Source: Bispira polyomma (lineage: Eukaryota). From it: 64,000 nt of DNA. Below are positions 52,649 to 64,000 of this stretch, piece by piece. The notes under the pieces were generated by a model, which was given only the letters and a program-made list of their open reading frames with translations, searched no databases and had not been told where the DNA came from. The stretch's first letter is position 1. Every line of letters starts with the position of its first letter. The position numbers were made by a program, and so were the translations under genes. The stretch spans positions 34,100,001 through 34,164,000 of the forward strand of contig OZ287760.1 in assembly GCA_965649765.1 (NCBI GenBank), read 5' to 3'.

Positions 52649-53171
52649 ATATAAGATAGTATATATAAAAATATTACAAATTATAGGAGAGATACAGGAT
52701 ACCTCAATGACGATACAGGGAAATTGTAGGAGTTTGGGTGGTACCGATATGACGCCTCATTGCACTGTATCACTTGTAAAAGTAGATATCAGGCAAGACA
52801 GGCTTGGACGTATTAACTGAAAAACCTCTCAACTATACAAAGCACTATATTTACAAGAATAACAAAATGACCAGAACGTATAGCCTGTTGTAGATATATA
52901 TAGTTACACCTTGTTACAGCTTTACAGAACACAGAAATTGGCCAAATACTCCTGGAAAAGAATGTTACTTCTGTGATACCACGACACCTTTTTAGAAAAG
53001 ATCCTAACACAAACCTAGGAAGGCCTCAAAAATCACAAGAAAATCTATGAAATGTAGAAACTGTGAGAACCTAAAAGCCTATTGAATGAAATCTCAAGTG
53101 TTAATGGGTATATAGGCCAATCATTTTACATAATGCGGAGTCATCAGCCAAGTCTCCGTACACTGACTTAC

Positions 53172-53271
53172 CTTCTCTCCGCCGGGACTTTCTATACATT
53201 CTCCAGCTTTCAGTTTGGAGTACAGCGGGCCCGGAGGGATTCCCCTGGATTTCAACTTCTCTGGATCTAAC
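53172..53271 (-). CDS. ELAC1: ELAC1 exon (GP-motif flexible arm)
   Basis: LDPEKLKSRGIPPGPLYSKLKAGECIESPGGEK; cag/gtaagt, phase 2-0. Confidence 0.95.
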
Positions 53272-54007
53272 CTGTCATACAACAGTACCCTCACACCTAA
53301 TGAGGTCATCACCAACCAAGCGATTATATCACGATTAAAATATTTACGAGAATTGCTTTTTTAAAAAGATTCCTATTTTAAGGTTATAAGTCAACTATTT
53401 TGTTGTAAAACAGGAATTACCGACACTTTTATGCACTACCTCCAAATATATCTCCAAAATGTATGTGTACATAGCCCTAAAATTAGTGAAGTTGGTTAAG
53501 GTTAGCTAACCCCTCAACCCTAACACTTCTAGTAACGTGCACCTTTCCTCGATGGTATCACGATACACGAGTACATCCTTACGACTCGCACCTGAAACTA
53601 GGGACATTAGTGCTGCCCAAAACACACAGCTACAAAATGAAATATGAACACAAGTATTCAGCGGATCACATACCTCCGCCAGTCTGCCACAGTGCACACT
53701 ATGAACACAAGTACTTAGTGGATCACATACCTCTGCCAATGTGCCACAGTGCCAAAAAGTCAAACAACTTTTTGGATCTACTCTTGTGACATGTGACATA
53801 TAGTCGGAATTGGTCAGAACTGTAATAGCGTTGTATGTTAGATTTGTTAAAGCTGTAAACTGAAGTTACAACTACTTTATTACCACATAAAGTGTAGAGG
53901 GCAGCCTCTTTGTAATAAGACTGTCATCTAAAGCTTTGACAGAGTTTAAATATACAATATGTATGTCTTTTGGGCATCTTCAAATAAAAAAATGGCCCGA
54001 TTACAAT

Positions 54008-54220
54008 CAGACTGGTACCCATTATACCTCCATTAGACTAAGACTAGTACCCATCCATTGTACCTCCATTAGACTAAGACTGGTACCTCCATTAGACTAA
54101 GACTGGTACCCATTATACCTCCATTAGACTAAGACTGGTACCCATTATACCTCAATTAGACTAAGACTGGTACACATTGTACCTCCATTAGACTAAGATT
54201 GGTACCTCCATTAGACTGGT
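54008..54220. repeat. ~22-36-bp degenerate minisatellite next to an ELAC1 donor
   Basis: ACCTCCATTAGACTAAGACTGGTACCCATT units. Confidence 0.85.
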
Positions 54221-54234
54221 TTCCGTACACTTAC

Positions 54235-54330
54235 TTGCCAGGTTGTGTCTTCTCTTGGATCACAAACCCAAAACAAGGAACTCTGTGGGTTATGTAGCTG
54301 GCCTTGACAAGGAACCGCTCATCTTCACAC
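54235..54330 (-). CDS. ELAC1: ELAC1 exon (motif III His)
   Basis: [32 protein letters not shown] resembles the recalled FVVKAFRLFHRIPSFGFSVVEK; phase 2-2. Confidence 0.92.
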
Positions 54331-55155
54331 CTGATAACACGACAGACAGCATGTCGTATATATCTGGCATCGTAAACTACGACTCTAGTTACTTGAATTT
54401 AATTAGGTGTTTTACATCGCTTTCAATAGCTTTGGTCATATCACGACGGCCAGATCCAACGGTGGAAGAATTTGTATTTATGTGAATTGATTTGGGTTTT
54501 AAATCCCTTTCAATAGCGTAGGTCATTTTGACAAACACCTGGCAAACATTCCCCAAATATAGAAAGGAACGAATGGGATTCAAACCCACATTGGTGAGAG
54601 GCCTTTTGTTTAATCAATTCTAGTTTAAAACATCGAGCACTTTTGATGTTGGTCGTACCCTATTTGGGCATACATACCAGGGTTATGACTACATGTAGAA
54701 GTATTAAGTAGTGTTCTCGAATTGGTCAAACTCAATTATAGGCAGTGATAGCTTAAAACCAATCTCTTCAAACTCACTTACCCACTTAGTTCCCTCCTTG
54801 TGCACACCCACATCCTTCCTTACTACCATGGCTATGTTTTTGGACTTTCCTGTTGGTTAACTGATTCTGTTGTTGCTTTTAGAAGATGCCTCGCATAGCA
54901 AGGTACATTAAAAATCTAAAATACAATACATTGAATGCAATCCAATATCAGCTTGTTGTAACAAGCACTTCAGTAGATGAATTGTCGTCAGTTTTGGTGC
55001 TAATTAAATACTTAATAAACAAACATAGACCAAAGTTATGGGTTTCCCACAGCCGACCACAAACCGAGTTCACTACTGATACACTTGCTGTTATTGGTGT
55101 GTGTGTCACTCATCCAGTTCTAAGTTAGGCTGAACTCCTTCCCAACAATACTTAC

Positions 55156-55250
55156 AAGTTCCAGACTAAGTGTTCATCAGCCTCTATATCACAGCCAGGT
55201 AACTCCATGGGGTGACACGGGTCAGAGACAGAATGGTCTACAGGCCACTC
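55156..55250 (-). CDS. ELAC1: ELAC1 exon (most 5' exon identified in the window)
   Basis: ttgtttacag|GAG...TT|gtaagt; EWPVDHSVSDPCHPMELPGCDIEADEHLVWNL; phase 0-2 joins the next exon. Confidence 0.8.
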
Positions 55251-55514
55251 CTGTAAACAACAAGAGACTAATGTAAACAACAGGTTGAATTTGGATATTT
55301 AACGTCCACTCTAGTACCTTTTAGTAGGTTATATTGGGACGGGTAGTTGGAAACGCTGGAGGAAACAATGCATACAGACGGTCAAGGTTCTGCAGAGAAA
55401 CCAGCGGCCCACAGTAAGGAACTACCACCTTTCCCACATAGGCATCGACAGGATTCGAACTCACGCCGTCCAGAGGTGAGAGACCAGTGATTGTGAAGCG
55501 CAATGCTTGCTAAC

Positions 55515-55880
55515 CGGTAAACAACAGGCAACTCCATGGGGTGACACAGGTCAGAGGTAGAATCGTCTGCAGGCCACTCCTGTAAACAACAGACTAACGT
55601 AAACAACAGGTAACACGGGCCAGAGGTAGAATGGTCTACAGGCCACTCCTGTAAACAACAAGAACAGGTAACTCCATGGGGTGACACGGGTCATAGGTGG
55701 AATGGTCTACAGGCCACTACTGTAAACAACAACAGACTAATGTAAACAACAGGTAACTCCATGGGGTAACACAGGCCACAGGTAAAATGGTCTACAGGCC
55801 ATTCCTGTAAACAACAACAAAGTATTATAAACAACAACATGGTCCTGTAAACAACAACATGGTCCTGTAAACAACAACAG
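55515..55880 (-). repeat. Degenerate tandem copies of the ELAC1 acceptor + exon start
   Basis: tgtttacag GAGTGGCCTG(T/C)AGAC...CACCCCATGGAGTT recurs ~4 times upstream of the real exon. Confidence 0.85.
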
Positions 55881-56094
55881 AGTACAGAGATGGTACTGCA
55901 CACTGAGCTTTAAACGTAGAACAAAGTTAAGGTGGACAGAGATTTGCTGTTGGGCAATTGACACCTGCTTTAGTTTGTAAAGAGCCTCAAGATGGGGAAC
56001 CCCCTTTACATGGGGAATTCCATTTACATTGGGACTCTTCCAATCACTGGTAAAATCCTTCACACCACAGGAACCTTGTAACATGGAGAACATA

Positions 56095-56560
56095 CAAATA
56101 TTTACACCCTTACATAATGTATTCCCTAATATCAGTACACTTACATTATGTCTTCCCTAATATCTACACCTTACATAATGTATCCCCTAATATATACATC
56201 CTTACATAATGTATCCCATAATACATACACCCTTACATAATGTATCCCCTAATATATACACCCTTACGAAATGTATTCCCTAATATTTACACCCTTACAT
56301 AATGCATTCCCCAATATATACACCCTTACATAATGTTTTCCTGATATTTATTCCCTTACAAAAGGTTTTCCATTATATGTATACCCTTACATAATGCTTT
56401 CCTGATATTTATTCCCTTACAAAAGGTTTTCCGTTATATGTACACCCTTACATAATGTTTTCCTGATATTTATTCCCTTACAAAAGGTTTTCTGTAATAT
56501 GTACACCCTTACATAATGTTTTCCTGATATTTATTCCCTTACAAAAGGTTTCCCTAATAC
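56095..56560. repeat. ~30-bp minisatellite (with a ~60-bp dimer)
   Basis: TACACCCTTACATAATGTATCCCCTAATATA units. Confidence 0.9.
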
Positions 56561-58769
56561 TTATTTCTATCTACAAAAGTTCATTTCTATACCTAGTTAA
56601 GTCCCAATACCTCCCACACTACTATACAATATCTCTTTATAAGACAACCTGATTACACATTCAAGTGACACACAGCTGTTTTTATTTGTTTTATTGAGCC
56701 GTTTCTGTCATGGACTTGTCAACCTCTGTACAAGTACACTGTATACCATTGAGATCTCACAGATACTTATTGATTTTCTCATTATATATCTCTGTGCCAA
56801 TGTTATTGAACCAGGTTTGACACAAAGTCCTATAAATGCCTTATATAATGACAAGCTGGCAATGATTTGTGTAGGTATAAACAGTTATCAATTATGTGTC
56901 TCATATATAATACACGTCTGTAATATATGTAAATATACAGTATCTGTATCTTAAATTCGCAACCTAGAAAATGTGTTTTTGGTGGCTAATTTTTGCTGAA
57001 ATTGAGATTTTTGCCTAACTTACTTTAAAGTCCAGTTATTTTTCGCCCAGTTTTTATTGATTTGGCTTAAATTTTAGAGCGTTCCAAATTTTAGATACAG
57101 TGAATTTTAGATTCCTTACTCTTCAACACTGTACAATCTATATACCTCGGTGTAAACCTAATTGACTATAGATTGTTTTCTACTATTTATAGTGACAGTT
57201 TCCAATGTTTTTTGTTTTTGTCACGAGATTCTGACTGGTGACATAGTTGTGTACACACACAACACTTAGACACACTTCAGTGATCTGGCCTGGTGTATTG
57301 GTGCATATCACGGAGACTCAAACAAGGCATTCGACAGCCTAATGACTGTGTGTGTCTGTGTGTACACATGGTGATAGGAAATGGTGGGGTAGTTTAAATA
57401 TGTAAGAACACATTTTAAGTAACACAGGCACGCACGCATGTACACACAAGGTTACCAAGACACACACATACATGGCTATAATTATAAGAGGTAATTGATA
57501 CTCTGCACACAATTTTTAGTGTTAAAGTTAGGAATCTAAAATTCACCGCTGTATCTGGAATTAGCGCCAGCCCCTAATATTCTAGCCAAGTAAATAAAAA
57601 ATGAATGCAAAAAATAACTGGAAATTTGGGTAAGTAAGGCGAAATAAGTCACAGTGATATCTCAATTTCAGCGAATATCACAGCACAATTCTACCCAAAA
57701 AACACCACATTTTCTAGGGTGGCGGATTTCAGATACAGTGGCAAATTTTAGATTCCTTACCTCTACATATCTAGGGAAGCAGATAGAATAGTGAATAGGT
57801 CCTAAAAGGACCACAAAGTGTAAACAGTGCGTCCTTGAAGGGACTTGTTTATGACAACCAACTGTTTAATAGTTTGATGAATTCTTATTGGTATATTGAG
57901 CAGTAGCAGTGGATGTATACTGTGTACTGAATATAGATAGGAAGGGACTAAAAATAGGGTTCATAGATCTTTGGAGTGCTTTGGAGTGCTTGGGGGAAAG
58001 TTAGCAATTTGGATAAAAAATAGAATGAGTTGTCATTGTGTAGTAACTGATATATGTCAAAGTACAGAGACAGCCATTCATACAGCCATACATACAGCCA
58101 TACACTCTGAGATAAAAGAGGCTTATTACAGATGTGTGTGTTTGTGACTGACATAGATGGTATCAGTGAATTAGAACCATATTAAGGAAGGTTATTTCTG
58201 TGAAAAAACCTGACAGGGGGAATACATTACAGCTTATGAGGGACACTGGTCTGTTATTGTTTAAAAGCGATCACTGAAATAATATAGGGATATAAATTAA
58301 AAGTACCAGGCTGTTAAGTCAAGACATGACAACTGTCCACTAGTAATTCAAGGATATTAAACAGTATTTGTGCAGAAAAAGAGGGTTTACTTATTTGACC
58401 ACTTGGAAGTTATAGAGACTGACGTTGACCAGTGAAGCCTGTACGTTTTGTAAAAGGGTAAGTGATTTTTTTTTTGTGTATTTACCTCATCATATATTCA
58501 TAAGAAACAAAAAGTATGGGGAAATCAACAGTATGCATCATAAAATAGGTTCTTTGTAAGCTTTGATACATTTTAATGTTTTGGTGTAATTCTATTTCAT
58601 ATATTTATCTGTACTTATACATGTAACAAGCTACTGTTGATTATTCAAGTGCGTATTTTGTATTCGAGTAATTGCTTTACTCTCATCGTGGATTATTACT
58701 CAGCTATTTGTGGCAGTCTAACTTTACAGGTCATTTTGACATGAACAGGCGTGACACAGCGACAAAGGA

Positions 58770-59092
58770 GTGATGTCTAAGATAGTAGTTTCAGAAAGTA
58801 TTACCACTTTGCCAGTACTACAGAACCCCCATTAGCTGTGATGTCTAAGACAGTAGTTGTACAAAGGATTACCACTTTGCTAGTACTACAGAACCCCCAT
58901 TAGCTGTGATGTCTAAGACGGTAGTTGTAGAAAGGATTACAACTTTGCTAGTACTACAGAACCCCCATTAGTTGTGATGTCTAAGCCAGTAGTTGTAGAA
59001 AGTATTACCACTTTGCTAGTACTACAGAACCCCCATTAGCTGTGATGTCTAAGACAGTAGTTGTAGAAAGGATTACAACTTTAACCCCCATT
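58770..59092. repeat. ~68-bp tandem repeat (5 copies) in the first intron of the NHL gene
   Basis: GTGATGTCTAAGACAGTAGTTGTAGAAAGGATTACCACTTTGCTAGTACTACAGAACCCCCATTAGCT. Confidence 0.9.
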
Positions 59093-59322
59093 ATATGAAT
59101 ATCTTGTTCTCTGAACTCATTTTCACTATAAATTTCAAACTTATGTTTTCCCTAATTTGGTTTTGGTAAAATGTCTTCTACTGTTACCTGAACAAAATGT
59201 TTGGCCTCCAAACATGTTCGTATAATAGAGGTTCCAATGTACTCTGTGTGTGTCTTATTTCAGTGAACTGCTGTGCTGTATATCAGACACCAGACCACAG
59301 GGACAAAACCTCCTGCCACACA

Positions 59323-59379
59323 ATGGCCTGGCTAAAGAGGAAGGTTCAAGGCCATCTGGACAGCTTCAGGGGAGAGCGG
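59323..59379 (+). CDS. NHL-repeat gene, first coding exon
   Basis: Acceptor ttatttcag at ~59263, acaATGG start context, MAWLKRKVQGHLDSFRGER|gtgagc, phase 0; candidate upstream UTR donor gtaagt at 58458. Confidence 0.65.
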
Positions 59380-59909
59380 GTGAGCTATTAGAGCAGAATC
59401 TCTATCACCTGAACTTCTATCATCCAAACATTCAATGTTAACAAATACATTCTCAAAATTGATATTATTCCTATTGATTTTATACTACAATGTTCCTTCT
59501 ATTTTATAATTTTTTTTTATCCAAACAACTTTTTCTCTGCAAATATGAGACAGAAATCTATTATCCAAACTTCTATTATCCAAACCTCTATTATCCAAAT
59601 ATTCAGTTTTATGAACTCATGTCCACTCTCCAAATTAATGTTTTCCTATTGTTTTGTACAATGCCTCTTCTCAACCCTCAAAATGTACATAAAATATTGA
59701 TTTACTCTGCTGTCCAGGTGTGGATGAACTACTCCAAATTAAAATGAAATCCTGACAAAACTAGCCACCTTAGTTTCTCTCCGGTACGCCCCCACATCCT
59801 TCCTTACGACCTTGCTATACCCATGCACTTAACCATTCGATCACTGATTCTGCTGTTACACTTTAGAAGATGCCTAGCATCATTCGAGCCCGTTAAAATG
59901 TATAATATT

Positions 59910-61130
59910 AACTTGACCTAGCGCATCGGAGAACCAATGCATATTTGTATCCACCAAAAAGACAAAAGCACCCGCGGTAGCAAGCACTCTAGCTAGCACC
60001 CAAGCTAGAAGCCTACAATTTCCTCTGGGGCATTTATACTAAAGCCTTAAATGGCACAAGTGGGTTTGACATTGCAAACCAGTGGGACCAATAATAAGTC
60101 TGTAGACACTTTAAAGTTTGGCGTACCCGTTTGACCTTGTACGAGGGATCCAAGCTTAAATGTGACCAAAAGATTAACAGCCTATGATTTCTGTAGGTTG
60201 GTTTCACATCCCGAGCCTCTACGACCATGATTTTCTAAGGTTGGTTTGACATTCCAAATCTCTACGACCAATAATAAGCGAGTTATAAGCACTTTTAAAT
60301 TTGGCTACCCTTATTTGACTTTCAAGGAGAGGCCCAAGGTCAAACCTGACCACATTAGAAGACTCCCACCCCATGATTTCCTATAGGTTGGTTTCAAATC
60401 CCCAAACTGTAGAACCAATAATAAGTGAGTTATAAGCACTTTTAAGTTTGGCTACCTTCATCTGACCTTAAAGGAGGGGCCCAAGGTCAAATCTGACCAC
60501 ATCAGAAGACTCCCACCCCATGATTTCCTATAGGTTGGTTACAAATCCCCAAACTGTAGGACCAATAATAAGCAAGTTATAAGAACTTTTAAGTTTGGCT
60601 ATCGTCATTTGACCTTGAAGGAAGGACCCAGAATCAGAAGACTGCCAGCCCATGATTCCCTATTGGTTGGTTTCACATGCCAAACCTCTAGGACCAATAA
60701 TAAGGGAGATATAGGTACTTTTAAAGTCTGCGACGTGGGGTAATTTGGCACTCCGTGGATGACCTTGAATGAACTCCGTGGATGACCTTGAATGAAGAGC
60801 TTCAAAGTCAAATGTCTGCATACTTATAGAGGACATATATATCTATTATACATATCACCTATGAAGAGATTCAACCTTCTAGTTACGAGAACCAGCCAGT
60901 AGAAAAAGGTAGTTAATTTTTAAAGAAATGCTCATGGCGGCTTTTTTGTTTTTCAGAATGAGGCTTATTTCAGTCGCAGAGATGCTTACCTCCCATATGA
61001 AGATATCCTGCAAATTTGGTGAAGCTAGCTGGTCTAGTTTTCCCGCTAAGAGTGATAACGACGAAAATCTCTCTACGGCGAACGCTAAACCAAAGTATCC
61101 ACCGATCCGAAGATCGGTGGATACAATAAT
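59910..61130 (+). mobile_element. Non-autonomous Helentron/HINE-like element, copy 2
   Basis: Colinear with 45072-46254; 3' hairpin GTATCCACCGATC-CGAA-GATCGGTGGATAC. Confidence 0.7.
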
Positions 61131-61285
61131 ATAAATGCCTCTTCTGTGGTAGAAACCTTCTTTTATCTGAACAAACTCTCCCAACAGGTTTGGATAATAG
61201 ATGTTCTACATCCAGTCAAATTATAGAAGTTACAGTTCAAACAGTATCAAAGAAATATTCCTGTATTTTTACTTGTATTTGTCAG

Positions 61286-61388
61286 AAATCCTCGTCTACA
61301 GACAAGGTCAATGTGGATGTCAAGATCCAGGGACCAGACGATGGACTTCACCTGTCTGACCTGGAGTCCAGTATTAGCAGTAGTCAAG
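61286..61388 (+). CDS. NHL-repeat gene, second coding exon (phase 0-1)
   Basis: ttgtatttgtcag|AAA...CAAG|gtatag; KSSSTDKVNVDVKIQGPDDGLHLSDLESSISSSQ. Confidence 0.75.
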
Positions 61389-61822
61389 GTATAGAATATA
61401 GTCACCTCTAATCGTAACCTCTAACACTGATACACCTCTAACATTGTATTAGCAGTATTCAAGGTATAGAATATAGTCATCTCCAATCCTAACCTCTAAC
61501 ACTGATACACCTCTAACATTGTATTAGCAGTAATCAAGGTATAGAATATAGTCACCTCTAATCATAACCTCTAACACGGATACACCTCTAACATTGTATT
61601 AGCAGAAATCAAGGTATAGAATATAGTCACCTCTAATCATAACCTGTAACACGGATACACCTCTAACATTGTATTAGTAGTAATCAAGGTATAGAATATA
61701 GTCACCTCTAATCCTAAACTCTAACACTGATACACCTCTAACATTGTATTAGCAGTAATCAAGGTATAGAATATAGTCACCTCTAATCCTAAACTCTAAC
61801 ACTGATACACCTCTAACATTGA
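61372..61822 (+). repeat. 75-bp tandem repeat (6 copies) starting with the exon end + donor
   Basis: GTATTAGCAGTA(G/A)TCAAG|GTATAGAATATAGTCACCTCTAA... repeated. Confidence 0.92.
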
Positions 61823-62057
61823 TGTAAAAATGTTTATTGTTTACATAGGTTTGCTATAACATCTTGTATCTTTATTGTTTGTTTGTTTACTGTTTACAGA
61901 GCTGACTTTCTGTTTGTGTCTATTGTTTACACAGGTGACTCCCTGTCTTTGTTGTTTAATAGGTGACTTTCTGTTTTTGTTTACTGTTTTCAGGTGACTT
62001 CCTGTTGTTTGTTTACTGTTTACACAACTAAATTCTTGTTGTTTGTTGTTTACACAG

Positions 62058-63748
62058 GTGACTTCCGCACCCTCATCAAACAACAAAAACAACAAGAAGA
62101 GGCCGAGGAAGCCAGGAAGTCCAAGGGCTCCAAACTCAAGGTCAAAGGTCACCGGCGAGGTCGCAGTGACGGCTCCATATTTATCAAGCAGCGCGAGGAA
62201 AGAGGTGGTGAGAGGCAGGCCATCTTTGACACTAGTAACAACCTCCTCAGACAAATGTCTACCAGTAGTGGCAGTCTGGAGTACAAGGGATCCTACGGAC
62301 ACATCCAGACAGCACCCATCCAGAGAGAATTCACCAACCTCAGCTTTCTGACGGAGGATGATAACGACGGATCCATACAGCAGGCATTGGAAAAATGGCA
62401 GGCACACAGTGGTTCTCTGGATGCTAACTATATTAGTGTCAAGAAGGTCATAGATGAGAGACAACAACTACTGGTCTCCATGGTAACCCAGCATGCCCAG
62501 GAATTGCTGGCCAAGCTAGAGAGGAAATACCAGGAACAGAAAACCCAGGCAGAGACATGCATCGGTGACTTAGAGCGGTGTAAGAAGGGTTCTCAGTCTG
62601 TACTAGATGACTTTAATGAACCCACTGACCCCTCCAGTGTACTCGCCTCCCTGCCGAGTATTCCCAGCGGCCTGAGTCAGCTGACCCATCAGACAGAGGA
62701 CAGTTTAGGCGAGGCTGTCTTGCATCTCTTTGGTCACTTTCAGACCATAAAGGCACGGGCATCTGTCTCCCCTGAAGAGGTCAGTGTCAGCTCTGAGACT
62801 GACCCACCCTCTCCCAGTCACCGACTGATGACCAGACCACAGTATCTGGGCAGTATCGCCACTAAGACCAGCAAGGACACCCGCGAATGTGGCCTGACAG
62901 ACATCGCCATGACTAAAGACAGGAATGTAATCGTTGTAGATAAACACAACAAACTCGTCAAACTGTTTGACACTGATGGCAAACTCGTCCGCTATATCGG
63001 CAGGAACATTCTAAAGGACCCCAGTCGCGTCTCTGTGCTTCCCTGGAGCGAGCAGATCCTCATCACGGATTCCGGCTGCCAGGAACTAAAGCTCTTCACT
63101 CTAGATGGCGCTATGGTAAACACAGTGGCGCCAGACCTCAGCGCGCCCAGTGGCCACTGCGTGATACCGGACACACGTCAAATCGCCGTGATTAACTTTG
63201 ACACTAAACTGGTGACAGTTTATGAGGAGGACAGTGACGGGGTGTTTAGAAAGCTCCGCTCCTTCCCGACAGGTCTCGACTGTCCAGCTTATATCGCGTG
63301 TACTGCCTCGAAGCACCTGGTGATCTCAGACTGGAGCGCCCACAAACTGAGGATTTACAACCAGCAGGGGACATTCATCAAACAGATCAGCAAAACGGGC
63401 GCGGGTCAGGGACAGATCAGCAAACCACAGGGTGTGCATGGTGATTGCCATGGTAATGTGTTCCTCGGGGAGAAGGGAAACCGCCGGCTGCAGATCTTCA
63501 ATGAGAACGGAGACTCGACGTTTTTGATGGACAAAAAGACCTACGACATTCACCTCCCTATGGCGCTCGACACGACGGAAGATGGAAATATGGCGGTGGC
63601 AGAATACCAAGGAAAAGTCAAGTTCTACAAGTACCTAGATCTGCCGCAAGCTAAGCAATTTGTAGTGGGACAGAGGCAGTCTAAAGGGAGGGGGATGTCA
63701 GTGGTTAGTCCTGAAGTGGTGGTAACTAACAGTGAGTCTGTGATGTAA
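62058..63748 (+). CDS. Coiled-coil + NHL-repeat beta-propeller protein (TRIM-NHL-like, no RING/B-box), large terminal exon; ~616 aa in total
   Basis: tttacacag|GTGAC, phase 1. Coiled coil IDERQQLLVSMV...LERCK; NHL-type repeats such as TDIAMTKDRNVIVVDKHNKLVKLFDTDG and GAGQGQISKPQGVHGDCHGNVFLGEKGNRRLQIFNENG. Confidence 0.92.
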
Positions 63749-64000
63749 ACAGTGAGTGTGTTGTAAACAGTTATAGGTAGGTGTATTAGAGGGGTGAGTC
63801 AGAACCAGCCTAAAGGAAGGAGAAGGGGTGGGGCAATGAGGGGGGATCTGTGGTTACCACAGAAGTGGTAGTAAATAAACAGTGAGTCTGTGATATAAAC
63901 AGTGTGTGTTATAAACAGTTATAAGTAGTGGTCGTACTCACAAAAGGTATTAACTTTGTCTTTAGCTTAAAATGTATGTCTAAACTATTTAGGATTACCT

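Noticed and set aside
53542-53591. Possible extra ELAC1 exon (GASRKDVLVYRDTIEER)
   Set aside because: The flanking exons already join in frame to give a colinear ELAC1 (PGK-LDPEKL); the donor is weak and the length would shift the frame.
61841-62467. 208-aa antisense ORF and other minus ORFs over 62-63.6 kb
   Set aside because: Shadow frames of the NHL coding exon.

Overview
AT-rich, repeat-dense eukaryotic DNA with GT-AG introns, tRNA-derived SINEs, MITEs and Helentron-like elements. It looks like a marine invertebrate, probably lophotrochozoan or mollusc, but that is inference. Four spliced genes can be rebuilt by hand. (1) The last two coding exons of INTS2 (+, 3992-5288). (2) A minus-strand gene (24083-39672) encoding an unusual ~450-aa type-I membrane protein: signal peptide, almost no ectodomain, TM helix, SAM-like domain, RHIM-like motif, C-terminal death domain. 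One exon join in this model is unresolved. (3) The six 3' exons of ELAC1/tRNase Z short form (-, 47641-55250); its 5' exons were not found in the window. (4) A coiled-coil + NHL-repeat gene with no RING or B-box (+, 59323-63748), apparently nested antisense in an ELAC1 intron. The most striking pattern is that many local tandem repeats are copies of exon boundaries (acceptor + exon start, exon end + donor, or the stop-codon region). The extreme case is a ~4.4-kb, ~50-unit array upstream of the RHIM-like exon, in which ~23 units carry a GTAAGA donor and form potential frame-preserving 15-nt microexons (KGLPR). Most ORFs in the supplied track are repeat-derived or spurious. Counts and coordinates were made by eye; repeat boundaries are approximate.
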